The notes: generated by a model not told the origin, from the sequence alone. A stretch of 33,755 nt of DNA from a virus (IMGVR_UViG_3300016265_000851:1-33755); one strand, 5' to 3'. Counted from the stretch's first letter, positions 7,170 through 16,546 are shown. Made by a program: numbers and translations.

Positions 7170-7945
7170 TTGAAGCTGTAGTTTATGCTTTTTTAATTTT
7201 TTGCATTTATACCACAGCCAAAGCTGAGACAGATGAGCCACAAGATAATGATTTTGATATGGCAGAAAAATATGGATACCTACCAGGAGATGTCTGGGAT
7301 GCCTATGAAGAAGCTAAGAAAAAAACAAACGTGGACAAATTTAATAAAGAAATAAAAATAAAACTACAAGGCACACAATTTGACAGAGCCGCTTTAATAG
7401 AAGAAACCTTAGACAATTTGATGGGCAAAATAACCGTAGTTTTGATGGCAGAAGGTCATGACAAGCTGGCCCAAGATATTGCTTATGAATATGAGCAATT
7501 TTATCAAAAAGCATTAACCAGACACCTACTAGGCTTTGATGAGATTGGCGACCACCCGCCTATGAATGAATGGCTGGATAATGTACATGAGCGCATCCAT
7601 GAAGCTCTTGGAGATTTTATCTGCCAGTATTTTAGATTTCATGATATTTATATTTTGAATCATGGAATACCTGTAGTATTTCGGCCAGCAGCTTATGATC
7701 TAAAAGACTACAAAGACCATTTCGCAGGCCATTTAATTTGGGGTTGGTACTGGGAGCATCATGGTGTGGCTGGCGTAGTAGCTTTTTGGTTAGTAGACGG
7801 TGCCTGTATTGCCGGAAGTTACGGGCTAGGAGTCATAACTTTCGTTTGTACACCGATCGCTACGCTTGCTCAAAATGTAATGGACAAGCACATTGCGCCG
7901 CCAATCGCTGAAAGAATCTGGCAAAGAGCGCAAGAGGATTATTAA
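7160..7945 (+). CDS. Exported protein with signal peptide and C-terminal hydrophobic hairpin
   Basis: Signal-like N-terminus ending AKA; Gly/Ala-rich hydrophobic segment with two Cys near the C-terminus. Confidence 0.75.
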   Translation: MRIIEAVVYAFLIFCIYTTAKAETDEPQDNDFDMAEKYGYLPGDVWDAYEEAKKKTNVDKFNKEIKIKLQGTQFDRAALIEETLDNLMGKITVVLMAEGHDKLAQDIAYEYEQFYQKALTRHLLGFDEIGDHPPMNEWLDNVHERIHEALGDFICQYFRFHDIYILNHGIPVVFRPAAYDLKDYKDHFAGHLIWGWYWEHHGVAGVVAFWLVDGACIAGSYGLGVITFVCTPIATLAQNVMDKHIAPPIAERIWQRAQEDY

Positions 7946-8173
7946 GGCTTCTCTGGCAGCCATGGCAACTGTTAACCCATGGCTTGTTAGCTTTACTCCC
8001 CGCCCAATCCTGATAACAATAGCAAAGCCTAAAAGCCTTCTCATTTTGCCTAACCTCTGGGTTATCGCTGGCTGAGTAAGGTTTAGCTTATCCCCAATTT
8101 CAGTGACCGATATCTCATCAATCAATAGGGATAAAATTATCAAATCATCAATATCTAGGCTTCTCAAAATCAT
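7826..8173 (-). CDS. Stand-alone LysR-type HTH DNA-binding domain protein
   Basis: LDIDDL...SVTEIGDKLNLTQPAITQRL..M...LG..IV.R.GRGVKLT.HG matches the LysR HTH_1 signature; no effector domain. Confidence 0.85.
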   Translation of the reverse strand: MILRSLDIDDLIILSLLIDEISVTEIGDKLNLTQPAITQRLGKMRRLLGFAIVIRIGRGVKLTSHGLTVAMAAREALIILLRSLPDSFSDWRRNVLVHYILSKRSDRCTNESYDS

Positions 8174-8234
8174 AAATAAAAGGATATAATATACCCATCA
8201 TAAAGCAATCTCCGATTCAAAAAAGGTGATTAGG

Positions 8235-8267
8235 AAGGCTAGGCAGATATGCTTGGCCTTTCGTTTT
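8235..8267 (+). terminator. Hairpin with T tract, probable + strand terminator
   Basis: AAGGCTAGGCA-GATA-TGCTTGGCCTT-TCGTTTT; the G-U pairs only work on the + strand. Confidence 0.55.
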
Positions 8268-8268
8268 A

Positions 8269-8277
8269 TGATATAAT
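8269..8277 (+). promoter_or_regulatory. Extended -10 promoter element
   Basis: Exact TGnTATAAT (TGATATAAT). Confidence 0.5.
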
Positions 8278-8302
8278 GAAAGAGCTGCGTTCTTTGTGAT
8301 CT

Positions 8303-8343
8303 TGAAGGGTCCCCTTCAGTCTCTCGGGGGACCTTTCATTTTT
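8303..8343 (+). terminator. Probable + strand terminator overlapping the VRR-NUC 3' end
   Basis: TGAAGGGTCCCCT...GGGGGACCTTTCA 13-bp stem followed by TTTTT. Confidence 0.6.
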
Positions 8344-8660
8344 GAAGCAGACGCAATAAATTCCCTTATTTCATCTTTACTTCGCAATACAATGGCAATA
8401 CCGCCAGTGAGATTTAGCTTTGTAATCCATTCAATTTGCTCCGGCGATAACCTGCCTTTGTCAGTTTTAAGCTCAATGGCAAAGAACTTACCTGATGGAA
8501 GTACTCCGGCGATATCTGGAAAGCCTTTAATAGGGCTGCATTTGCGTATCATTTTGCCGTTGATGCTGTGCATTACAGGACCATTAGGTACCCGCCAGTA
8601 AACAAGGCCAGATTGCTTTAAGCAGGTTAAGGCAAAACTTAAAAGCTCTGATTCTTTCAT
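8316..8660 (-). CDS. VRR-NUC domain nuclease (junction-resolvase-like)
   Basis: KGFPDI...FFAIELKTDKGRLSPEQIEW signature. Confidence 0.9.
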   Translation of the reverse strand: MKESELLSFALTCLKQSGLVYWRVPNGPVMHSINGKMIRKCSPIKGFPDIAGVLPSGKFFAIELKTDKGRLSPEQIEWITKLNLTGGIAIVLRSKDEIREFIASASKMKGPPRD

Positions 8661-8670
8661 CGATACCTCA

Positions 8671-8703
8671 AAGCAAAACGGGGAGCGGTTGTCGCTTCCC
8701 CGT
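8671..8703 (-). terminator. Rho-independent terminator at the end of the late region
   Basis: CGGGGAGCGG/TCGCTTCCCCG stem with a minus-strand TTTTGCTT tract. Confidence 0.65.
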
Positions 8704-8726
8704 AGCAGGCGTTAGAGTTTAATAAA

Positions 8727-9053
8727 TTAAGCTCTTAGTTTTTGCGCCAGCGCATATAGTCTTAGACAAAGATCAATGCCATCTTCAATGGCCTCTTCAA
8801 TTTTGTCCTGGGGTAAGTTTAACTCATCTTTAACCATTTGTGCTAATTCTTCAACGTCTTCCTGGCCTAATTCTGATATTTCAGAAGGTATTTCTGAAAT
8901 TCCATCAATTACAGATGGAATATTATAAAGTAATGGCAACATTCCAAGGGCTTCTCCTCTGCTAATCTTGCCATCATCTGATGCTTCGCCAATGGCATTA
9001 GCAAGAGAGCATATGAAACTTAAAACATCTTTTAATTCTTTAGCCTTTGCCAT
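8727..9053 (-). CDS. Hypothetical acidic helical phage protein
   Basis: 108-aa ORF with GGGGA RBS. Confidence 0.75.
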   Translation of the reverse strand: MAKAKELKDVLSFICSLANAIGEASDDGKISRGEALGMLPLLYNIPSVIDGISEIPSEISELGQEDVEELAQMVKDELNLPQDKIEEAIEDGIDLCLRLYALAQKLRA

Positions 9054-9062
9054 TTTGTCCCC

Positions 9063-9272
9063 CTAGTTTTTCTTCTCAATTTCTCTTATGCGAACTTCAT
9101 GATCCTTCATAACTTCATTAATCTGGCCTAGCTTTGTGGATAACTCTTGGATGTTGCCCGCCATTGACTGAATGTTTTTAGACATTTCTCCAATGAAAGA
9201 TACACCGATAGATACTATCCCGATTATAAGGGCTATCATAAGATGATTAATGTTCTCATGTAGCTGCTTCAT
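9063..9272 (-). CDS. Single-TM coiled-coil protein, holin- or i-spanin-like
   Basis: TM segment LMIALIIGIVSIGVSFIG followed by a heptad coiled coil ending DHEVRIREIE; position after the tail genes. Confidence 0.55.
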   Translation of the reverse strand: MKQLHENINHLMIALIIGIVSIGVSFIGEMSKNIQSMAGNIQELSTKLGQINEVMKDHEVRIREIEKKN

Positions 9273-9288
9273 GATATTTATTTTAGCA

Positions 9289-10143
9289 TTAAATCTGACC
9301 AGCAACAAAAGCCGCAATCAAAAAATCCACCCCATCATGCATCTTATCAGAATTACAGGGCTTCCAATCATCACCGTAATCTCTTTGCCACAGATATTCT
9401 TCGCACCTGTCTTTTGCAGTAGGAAGTCTGTCTCTTGGGAATAGGCTTTCATCTAGCAAAATAGCGATTGTATCTGATTGATCTCCGTCTGAAAATTTAT
9501 GATAGATAGCTTGCATAAGAGCATTGCTTGGATTTTCGTCCTTGTATTTCTTGATTTGCTCATACTGCAAAGAGTCGATTGAGCCGTTGACCATCCACTT
9601 GGATATCAAATAAATTGCATCTAAATGCTTCTCATATCCAGCCTTTGTGGTCTCTTTTATCTGCACCTCAACTTTCCATCTACCAAGCATCTGTTCAATC
9701 AAAAATACAAGCGGAGGAGTTAAGAATGTACGGCTAAGCGGGCCTCTGCCCATTACCCATCCATTTTTCTGACCATACGCATATATCTCTTTGATGTTTT
9801 GCTGATCATTGCTGGCGTACAAGTAAGGCAAAAGCATGATAAACATATCCTTTGAAATGTCTGATTTGCTTTGACCGTCATCGTAGCAACGCTTCCCAGG
9901 ATTGCGATACCAGCGTCCAGGCTCTCCCTCTGCGTCAGTAATTACTGCTTCACCGCATCCACCGGATAGCTTGCAAAGAGAGGTAAATCCTAAGCTATCG
10001 CAGCCGCCTTGATGCGCCCATCCTTTTGATAGACTCTTATATAATTCTGCTTTAGCTACTACATCCGGATTGACCTGAGTAGGCTTTTTAGGCTCATGCT
10101 TTCCGCAAGAGACAAGCAGCAAAATTAAAAAAAGTCTAAACAT
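9289..10143 (-). CDS. 284-aa lipoprotein of unknown function
   Basis: Likely start MFRLFLILLLVSC at 10143 with AAGGA RBS and a lipobox Cys. The longer track ORF overlaps the upstream gene. Confidence 0.8.
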   Translation of the reverse strand: MFRLFLILLLVSCGKHEPKKPTQVNPDVVAKAELYKSLSKGWAHQGGCDSLGFTSLCKLSGGCGEAVITDAEGEPGRWYRNPGKRCYDDGQSKSDISKDMFIMLLPYLYASNDQQNIKEIYAYGQKNGWVMGRGPLSRTFLTPPLVFLIEQMLGRWKVEVQIKETTKAGYEKHLDAIYLISKWMVNGSIDSLQYEQIKKYKDENPSNALMQAIYHKFSDGDQSDTIAILLDESLFPRDRLPTAKDRCEEYLWQRDYGDDWKPCNSDKMHDGVDFLIAAFVAGQI

Positions 10144-10151
10144 GGTGTCCT

Positions 10152-10598
10152 TTAGGCGATTCTTATAGCTTGTATATTTGAGGTTGCTAACCAATCCATT
10201 GTTCCTGATACGGAATAAGTTAAATAACCAAGCAGATGGACTGTTTGATTTGATGAAACACTTAAATATCTTGGCCCAGCATTTACCCAGATATTTCCTC
10301 CAGTATTGCTTTGATTTAAAACGCAAACTGCTGAATTTCCATTCGTATCACTATCATTTGATAAAGTAGACAACCCACAACCAACCCTTGTAAATGTTCC
10401 TCCAGTTACATTTAAAACTGATGTTCCTGACAACAGCCAATTTCCTGGCGTTAATGTTATTGAACAAAGAGATTTCCAATTGCTTGTTGCTGCTAATGTC
10501 ACTGCTGAAGCTGGTGCTGCTTGAATTACTTGACCAACATACCCCGCTGGCACCGCAGTCCCATCGCCCGCACCTTGAAGTAATGCTTTCTGTGTCAT
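10152..10598 (-). CDS. Small tail-fibre-associated beta-sandwich protein
   Basis: AVPAGYVGQ, SITLTPGNWLL and IQAIRIA patterns typical of fibre tip domains; location among fibre genes. Confidence 0.6.
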   Translation of the reverse strand: MTQKALLQGAGDGTAVPAGYVGQVIQAAPASAVTLAATSNWKSLCSITLTPGNWLLSGTSVLNVTGGTFTRVGCGLSTLSNDSDTNGNSAVCVLNQSNTGGNIWVNAGPRYLSVSSNQTVHLLGYLTYSVSGTMDWLATSNIQAIRIA

Positions 10599-10607
10599 GT
10601 TTGCTCC

Positions 10608-11198
10608 TTAAATCTTTATCAGCTTGTTGCAAGCAAGGTTTTTTGGACGGGTTTCGATAGCTGTTCTTGGGTTTGAGTTTCCTGGTGTTGTATCTATCAC
10701 CGGATCTGTAACGACAACATTTGAGTTGGCACCACCGGAAGCAGTTGAAATGTTTGTAGCAAGTCCAAAAACTTGGGAACCTGCCGTCAGGTTAATGTTT
10801 TGAGCTTGTGGTACAGAATGTGTGTGATTTGTTTCTGTTTTTGAGTGTCTGTGACCTTGCATCGCATCTTCTTGAGATTTATCAGATGCCCTAGAGCCTG
10901 GGTCTCTATTTGCAGCACCCATAGCAGTTCCCATATTGTCATTATAGCGGGCAAATCTACCTCTGAAGTCAGGCAATCTAAAGTGCGTAGTACCTGCGCC
11001 GCCGCTTCCATTAGTTTCACCAAATGCGACACCAATCGCAGCAAACAAACTTGCGTAGGTAGGACTTGTCTTTAACAACTCCCGCCCATCACAAAGCAGC
11101 CACCCGCTTGGTTCAACCGTTCCAGCAAAATCAATTAAAGTTCCAGACGGCAACTGAAGCAGTGCAATCGACTGACTTCCTAATGCTGATGATGCCAT
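10608..11198 (-). CDS. Tail collar domain protein
   Basis: PSG..IDFAG...P.GWLLCDG...LFAAIG...FRLPDFRGRF, QGHRH and ETRPKN motifs. Confidence 0.9.
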   Translation of the reverse strand: MASSALGSQSIALLQLPSGTLIDFAGTVEPSGWLLCDGRELLKTSPTYASLFAAIGVAFGETNGSGGAGTTHFRLPDFRGRFARYNDNMGTAMGAANRDPGSRASDKSQEDAMQGHRHSKTETNHTHSVPQAQNINLTAGSQVFGLATNISTASGGANSNVVVTDPVIDTTPGNSNPRTAIETRPKNLACNKLIKI

Positions 11199-11212
11199 TT
11201 AAGTGTCTCCTT

Positions 11213-14053
11213 TTATAGTTCGGCTGAAAATCCTAAATATCCTGTTCCATCTGTTCCAATCAAAGAGGCAAATCCTGACGTACCGCCTAAAGAGCTTGCT
11301 GTGTATAAAACAGTTGCTCCAGTTAAATTCGCTGCGTTATATGCCGGCAGTGACGTACAATTAACGGTTCCAGTTGTAGAATTTGTACATCTATAATTAC
11401 TTGCTGTTGCCGTTGTTTCTAAGCCTGATGGGATTGTTCTCATTGTTGTTGGAAATGTTAAATAACCAACAACTTGTGTTGCGTTTGAAACTTGACCAAC
11501 TCCAAAGAATGAATTTGTTCCTCCAACAAATCTAAAATAATACCTCTGACACATTTGCAACTCAGTTCCAATTGGCCTGTCTTCAAAAGGAGTCGCAACA
11601 GTTCCTTCCTCAAGTTGAACTTGAGCAATATCAAATGTTCCAGATTGCTGACCCATTGAGTCAGTATTTGCATTAAAGCTACTTCCGGCGTCCATCCAAA
11701 TTCTAAATGCAAGAGAACTATTTTCATCTCCTATAGTTTTACCTGCTATTGATGGTATAGAAATTGTTGCTGTTATTTTTTTCCATGAACTTGTAATGTC
11801 AAATTTTTGAGCACCAATTGCGCTAACAGCGGTAGAACCTCCTGTTCCAAACCATTGTCTAAAATCTATTGCTATTTTTTTATTACTATCAGCCTTAGCC
11901 CAGAACGAAACTGTTATTGTTTTACCAGCAAAAGTTCTGACTCCTTCTATATATTGCTGCAAGAATGACGCATTAGAAGCTCCGGCAACTGATGTTACTA
12001 CTCTTCTAACAAAATATCTTGGTTCATTTGGTACATCTGTTTGACCAAGAGTAAAGGATTGTCTGCTTTGCACTGTTGTCGAACCAGCAACAAAACTTTC
12101 CCATCTATCAGCAGATCCGTACCCTGTGACAGATTGAGTTGTTCCCCTCTGCCAAATATCAAAATTACCATTGATAATTTTATTCCTGAAAGCTACTGGC
12201 TCAGACCAAACTATGCTGCTTGACTGAACAGACAGTGGGAAACTTGTCCCAACCGCCGGAGCATTGAGTGCATAGTTAATGCTTGCAGATGCGAAGCCTG
12301 TAACACTTGGAAGCGTTACCTGAAGCAATCCAGCCGCAGTTGCAGTGACAGAGAACCCTGTGGGCACTGTATCACCACTTACTTGGTAACTTACATTGTA
12401 GTTATTTGCTGCGCCGTTTTTACTAAACTGCGCTGCTACATAGAATCTTAAAGGTGTTGTAGCTGTAATTGATACCCAACCCGTCAATTCTCCAGCATCG
12501 TATGCAGAAATATCCTGAACAGTTGTTGTGGCGTTATTTGACAATGCAATCTGTGTTCTAGCATTAGATGAACCTACAACAGCACCACGTTTAGGAGCCA
12601 CATAAAGGCTTGTTGTGCTGGAAGCCACACCAACTGGCAAACTTACTTGTCCTACAACTGTTGGTTCAGTTACAGTCAATGCTCCGGCTGTTGTTGGAGA
12701 TAAGAAGTAAACTTCTCCAGCGACTAAACCAGTTAGTCCTGAGACTTCTCCAGAAAGTGTCAGCTCAAACTGATCTGCTGTGTTTACTTTGCTAACTACA
12801 CCGACAACTTCGGCTGTGTTTGCAGCATCAGCTTTTGCTTTTGTGTAAGTTGATCCATTTAAATAAACAACATCTCCAACAGAAAGCGAATGTCCAACTT
12901 GGTTAATTACATCAAGAGTTCCACCGCCACCGCCGCCACCAATAGCACCCCATTCTGTGCCGTCATATCCTTCAAAAGTTGCATCAGTTGTATTATAACG
13001 AATCATGCCTTGAGTTGCTGGTGAAGGCTGTTCTCCTGTTGTACCTACGGGAACTCTTAAGGCACCAGTTGTAGCATTTGTACTTGATACTGTCGTCTTA
13101 TTCAGCAAAACAGCAGAGCCGTTTTCTGTAACAACTGTGCCAGTTGTTGGCAATGTTAAGCTAGTAACTCCGGTAGTAGTCAAAGTCAGAGCATGATTTC
13201 CTGATCTAGTTAATGTAGCGGCATCGTTATTTGCTACACCTGTACCACCTTTGCTGGCCGGAATAGTTCCAGATAAATTTGATGCTGTAATATCATCGAC
13301 AGCGGCTATATTTTTTTCAGATCCTAAAGCACCTGCTGCAAATTTATTTGGAGCTGAATCTTTATAAATTAAGCTCCCTTTTGTTCCAGTTCTATCAACT
13401 GTAAGGCCAGCTCCTTCTGAGACTACGTCATTGCCGCCATTGTTTACAGTGATATTTTTATCTTTCACATCAAGATTTACAGTATTGACTGAAGTGGTTA
13501 TCCCTTCTACAAAAAGGCTCCCTGGAACCACAACCGCAGAATTTGTACCACCTAGAATTAAAGTATGTGGGCCAATACTTTCTCCTATCTTTAAGGCACC
13601 AGCAGCTTCTACATCAAGGGCACCGTTTCTAATTTTTGTGCCATCAAGAAAGCCGTTTTTTATTGTTTTGCTTTGAAGTTCTTGTGCCCCAAGAGTTAAA
13701 ACAACAGTGGCACTTGTATCTGGGAAAGTATAAGTGCGGCTCAATGTTCCATTAAAATCTAGGGTATGGGTTACGCCAGTTAATGCGCCATCAGTGTCTA
13801 GTACAACCTGCTTTGTTGCATCTGTGACATTGTTTTGCATAATGCCTGTGCGCCAAGCTCCACCAAGATACATTCTTGGTGATTTTAATGTTGTATTGAG
13901 ATAAATTGATCCCTCTTTTACAACATATTCAACGTCATAAGCGGCGTCATCTGCAAATGTCGGCAAAGAATCTACGGCTGTCTCAAGGGTTAAATCCGCT
14001 GGTGGTGTGATGTTTGTACCATTTGCGAATTGTAGCTTTTTTACTGTTGGCAT
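11213..14053 (-). CDS. Tail fibre / receptor-binding protein (946 aa)
   Basis: G/T-rich modules (KGGTG, GMIRYNT...FEGYDGTEW), poly-Gly hinge, FRNKIINGNFDIWQRG...QVQLEEG..ATPFE.RP...EL..CQRYY CBM-like C-terminal region. Confidence 0.88.
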   Translation of the reverse strand: MPTVKKLQFANGTNITPPADLTLETAVDSLPTFADDAAYDVEYVVKEGSIYLNTTLKSPRMYLGGAWRTGIMQNNVTDATKQVVLDTDGALTGVTHTLDFNGTLSRTYTFPDTSATVVLTLGAQELQSKTIKNGFLDGTKIRNGALDVEAAGALKIGESIGPHTLILGGTNSAVVVPGSLFVEGITTSVNTVNLDVKDKNITVNNGGNDVVSEGAGLTVDRTGTKGSLIYKDSAPNKFAAGALGSEKNIAAVDDITASNLSGTIPASKGGTGVANNDAATLTRSGNHALTLTTTGVTSLTLPTTGTVVTENGSAVLLNKTTVSSTNATTGALRVPVGTTGEQPSPATQGMIRYNTTDATFEGYDGTEWGAIGGGGGGGTLDVINQVGHSLSVGDVVYLNGSTYTKAKADAANTAEVVGVVSKVNTADQFELTLSGEVSGLTGLVAGEVYFLSPTTAGALTVTEPTVVGQVSLPVGVASSTTSLYVAPKRGAVVGSSNARTQIALSNNATTTVQDISAYDAGELTGWVSITATTPLRFYVAAQFSKNGAANNYNVSYQVSGDTVPTGFSVTATAAGLLQVTLPSVTGFASASINYALNAPAVGTSFPLSVQSSSIVWSEPVAFRNKIINGNFDIWQRGTTQSVTGYGSADRWESFVAGSTTVQSRQSFTLGQTDVPNEPRYFVRRVVTSVAGASNASFLQQYIEGVRTFAGKTITVSFWAKADSNKKIAIDFRQWFGTGGSTAVSAIGAQKFDITSSWKKITATISIPSIAGKTIGDENSSLAFRIWMDAGSSFNANTDSMGQQSGTFDIAQVQLEEGTVATPFEDRPIGTELQMCQRYYFRFVGGTNSFFGVGQVSNATQVVGYLTFPTTMRTIPSGLETTATASNYRCTNSTTGTVNCTSLPAYNAANLTGATVLYTASSLGGTSGFASLIGTDGTGYLGFSAEL

Positions 14054-16546
14054 TTATTCAACTCCCCTTATCTCATTAACTTTGACGCTAGTGGTTGATC
14101 CTGATTGATCCAGCGTTACAATGACGCCTTTCGTTGTCTGCTTTGTGTCTGCAACGGCCGTATTCTGTATCTCTACAATATCACCGATTGAGCTGGCTAA
14201 GTCTTCGCTGGCAGTTGCTAGGGAATATTCTACAGTTGGGCTGGCAAAATATCCAGCAATTGCATCCCGTCTTGGGGCTATATTTTCAAGCACATGGGTT
14301 ACTTTTTTAGTCCTATCAACCTTGTGTAAATACTTAACAATTGGGAACTCAACTACTGCTTTAGGGCCTACATTTTCAAGAGCGGCAAGGTTATTTAACT
14401 GAGGGTTTTCAAACTCAATCCGGCTGGCCAAATCTTGGTAATTAACTGAGCTGGAAGTCTGACCTTCAAGCATATTAATTGGGCTTTTAATGCTGTCAGT
14501 TACCAAATTAGTAGGGTTTTTTATAAGCTCATACTCAACTTGGCGACTTTGATTTACCCTAAGAAGGCCAAGAGTTGACGATGTAATGGCCTGAGCCGCT
14601 TCTAAGTATGTACCAAATTCTTGCCCATTAAGTGGAAATGTCACAGATACGTTTGCATCAAGATCGGCTGCGGCTTGTGTAAAGCTTGCGTCATTAACTT
14701 CCATGCCAGCAGATTTAACTATGAACTTTAAAGCATCTGCATGGTTCATTGGAGTTGCAGGGCTAAATCTGCACTTAACAGTTGAAGTAGCTAAATTTAC
14801 CTTTGCATTTGGACCAAGAGTAAAACCAACGGTGTAAACTGTTTTTCCTCCTATGGCATATTCAGGTGCGCTAAAAATAGAAGTGATTGGCAGATATTTA
14901 GTTATATAATTAAATCTGTCTTTTAATTGTAAATTACCAGATCCGGTATCTACTATTTGAACTAAATCGTATTCATACTCTGCTGTGTCATCAGCCTCAA
15001 CCCAAACGCTAAGACTAGGAAATGTATTGTCATTTAAAGTTATTGCCGCAACAGTTTGCTCATTTGGTAAACCAACTTTGTCCCATTTCACTCCGTTGTC
15101 ATATATTAAAGTTATTGCAAGGTTATAATCTTGACCTGGGATTATATTTGAACCATATCCACTAATAACACCGCAACTTACTTCCCCGTCTATTCCGTAA
15201 AATACTGATCCAGGTATAACGTCCCCAATTTCTCCGTTAAAATTAGATAGATTTGAAAGTCTTACAAAAATAACCCTATTGACTATGGTTATAGTTGTAG
15301 GTTCTGACTTTCCATCATTTACACCACCGTCATCTATTGTCTTTGTGCCTGTAATTGTTTTTTTAAAATTTAATATTTTTGTATTGCTTCCAGCAAACAT
15401 AGGTCCAAAAGTTAAAAGCTTAACTGGACTCACCGATCTTCCTGCAAGCCAGTAACTCTCAAGAGCTTGGTCAGTTTCTTTCATTCGATAAGCTTGTTGT
15501 CCATCTGAAAGATGATAAAGCTTTGGTATTATTGTTGTTGTGCTAAATGGATCAATGTGCTTATAACCAAGACTTACTGTGTATGGACTAGATTTCCCAA
15601 GAGTAAATGGTATTTTTTTATTTTGATCCTCTGGATTAGGGCTTGCTGTTATTCCAAAGATGTTTTGACCTTTGAAAATCTCAGATTGTTCCCTAGTTCC
15701 AAATGAAGCTGTGTCATTTAGTTTTTGGAATGTATCAATAATTGACATAGAAACTGTGCCGTATTTGTAACTAAATGAAGCGACTTCACCGTCAAAAATC
15801 TTACGGTTATTTTCCGCTGAATCAATACAAGCCCAGACTGATACAGGACAAGAGCTTAGGCTTTCGTATTGGCCTCCAACACCAACTAGGATGCTAGGGT
15901 CAGGAGTACCAACTAAACTCTGCGCCCATCTGTCGGTAGATATAAGCTCAAGATCTGAGCCGCTTAGACTGAAGACGCCTTCTGCTATGTTTTGCATTGA
16001 CTGGGAGAATCCAGAATAATTGGCTATTAAAGGCTCCCATTTAGCATCTGGAAGGCCGGAAATTCCTACAGTCTCTCTGTGCTTGGTTCCAGTAAAATAA
16101 AGTTCATGCTCCAAAATAACTACGTTAGAACCAAAGCCACCAAATTCTAGATCAAAAACTGCTGTACCTGTTCCAGTTCCGATGGCCGTAGCTTGAAAGC
16201 TAAGTCCAACGGTATTGCTTGCGGCTCCATATAGCGTCCAATTTGTAGTCCCAATGGTTTTAATTTTATAAAACATTCCTTTAATAATTTGATTAGCTGT
16301 AAATGTTGGGCTTGTAATTATTAAATTGCTTGAAGTGTTTGTATTGTAAACATAGTTTGATGTTGAAAGAAGATAATCATTAATAGTTATTTTATTTATA
16401 TTTAAATCTGTTGGAATTGTATAAGTAAAAATCTCAGGCACCAAAACAAGATTGCCAGAGCCTCTGCTTAGAAATCGCCTGGGAGTCATGCGAACTAAAA
16501 AGAACCGCTCAGAAGCGGATAGCTGTGCCTTATCTAAAAATGTCAC
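14054..16546 (-). CDS. Tail tip / hub protein (830 aa)
   Basis: Size, beta-rich composition and position between the tape measure and fibre genes. Confidence 0.65.
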   Translation of the reverse strand: MTFLDKAQLSASERFFLVRMTPRRFLSRGSGNLVLVPEIFTYTIPTDLNINKITINDYLLSTSNYVYNTNTSSNLIITSPTFTANQIIKGMFYKIKTIGTTNWTLYGAASNTVGLSFQATAIGTGTGTAVFDLEFGGFGSNVVILEHELYFTGTKHRETVGISGLPDAKWEPLIANYSGFSQSMQNIAEGVFSLSGSDLELISTDRWAQSLVGTPDPSILVGVGGQYESLSSCPVSVWACIDSAENNRKIFDGEVASFSYKYGTVSMSIIDTFQKLNDTASFGTREQSEIFKGQNIFGITASPNPEDQNKKIPFTLGKSSPYTVSLGYKHIDPFSTTTIIPKLYHLSDGQQAYRMKETDQALESYWLAGRSVSPVKLLTFGPMFAGSNTKILNFKKTITGTKTIDDGGVNDGKSEPTTITIVNRVIFVRLSNLSNFNGEIGDVIPGSVFYGIDGEVSCGVISGYGSNIIPGQDYNLAITLIYDNGVKWDKVGLPNEQTVAAITLNDNTFPSLSVWVEADDTAEYEYDLVQIVDTGSGNLQLKDRFNYITKYLPITSIFSAPEYAIGGKTVYTVGFTLGPNAKVNLATSTVKCRFSPATPMNHADALKFIVKSAGMEVNDASFTQAAADLDANVSVTFPLNGQEFGTYLEAAQAITSSTLGLLRVNQSRQVEYELIKNPTNLVTDSIKSPINMLEGQTSSSVNYQDLASRIEFENPQLNNLAALENVGPKAVVEFPIVKYLHKVDRTKKVTHVLENIAPRRDAIAGYFASPTVEYSLATASEDLASSIGDIVEIQNTAVADTKQTTKGVIVTLDQSGSTTSVKVNEIRGVE

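Noticed and set aside
8296-8601. 101-aa + strand ORF downstream of the extended -10
   Set aside because: It is antisense to the VRR-NUC gene, has no RBS, and a terminator-like hairpin lies at its start.
10144-10326. N-terminal 61 aa of the 345-aa track ORF
   Set aside because: It overlaps the 10152-10598 gene; the RBS and lipoprotein signal define a start at 10143.
10152-14053. Diversity-generating retroelement or invertible fibre cassette
   Set aside because: No reverse transcriptase, invertase or duplicated template/variable repeat was seen in the window.
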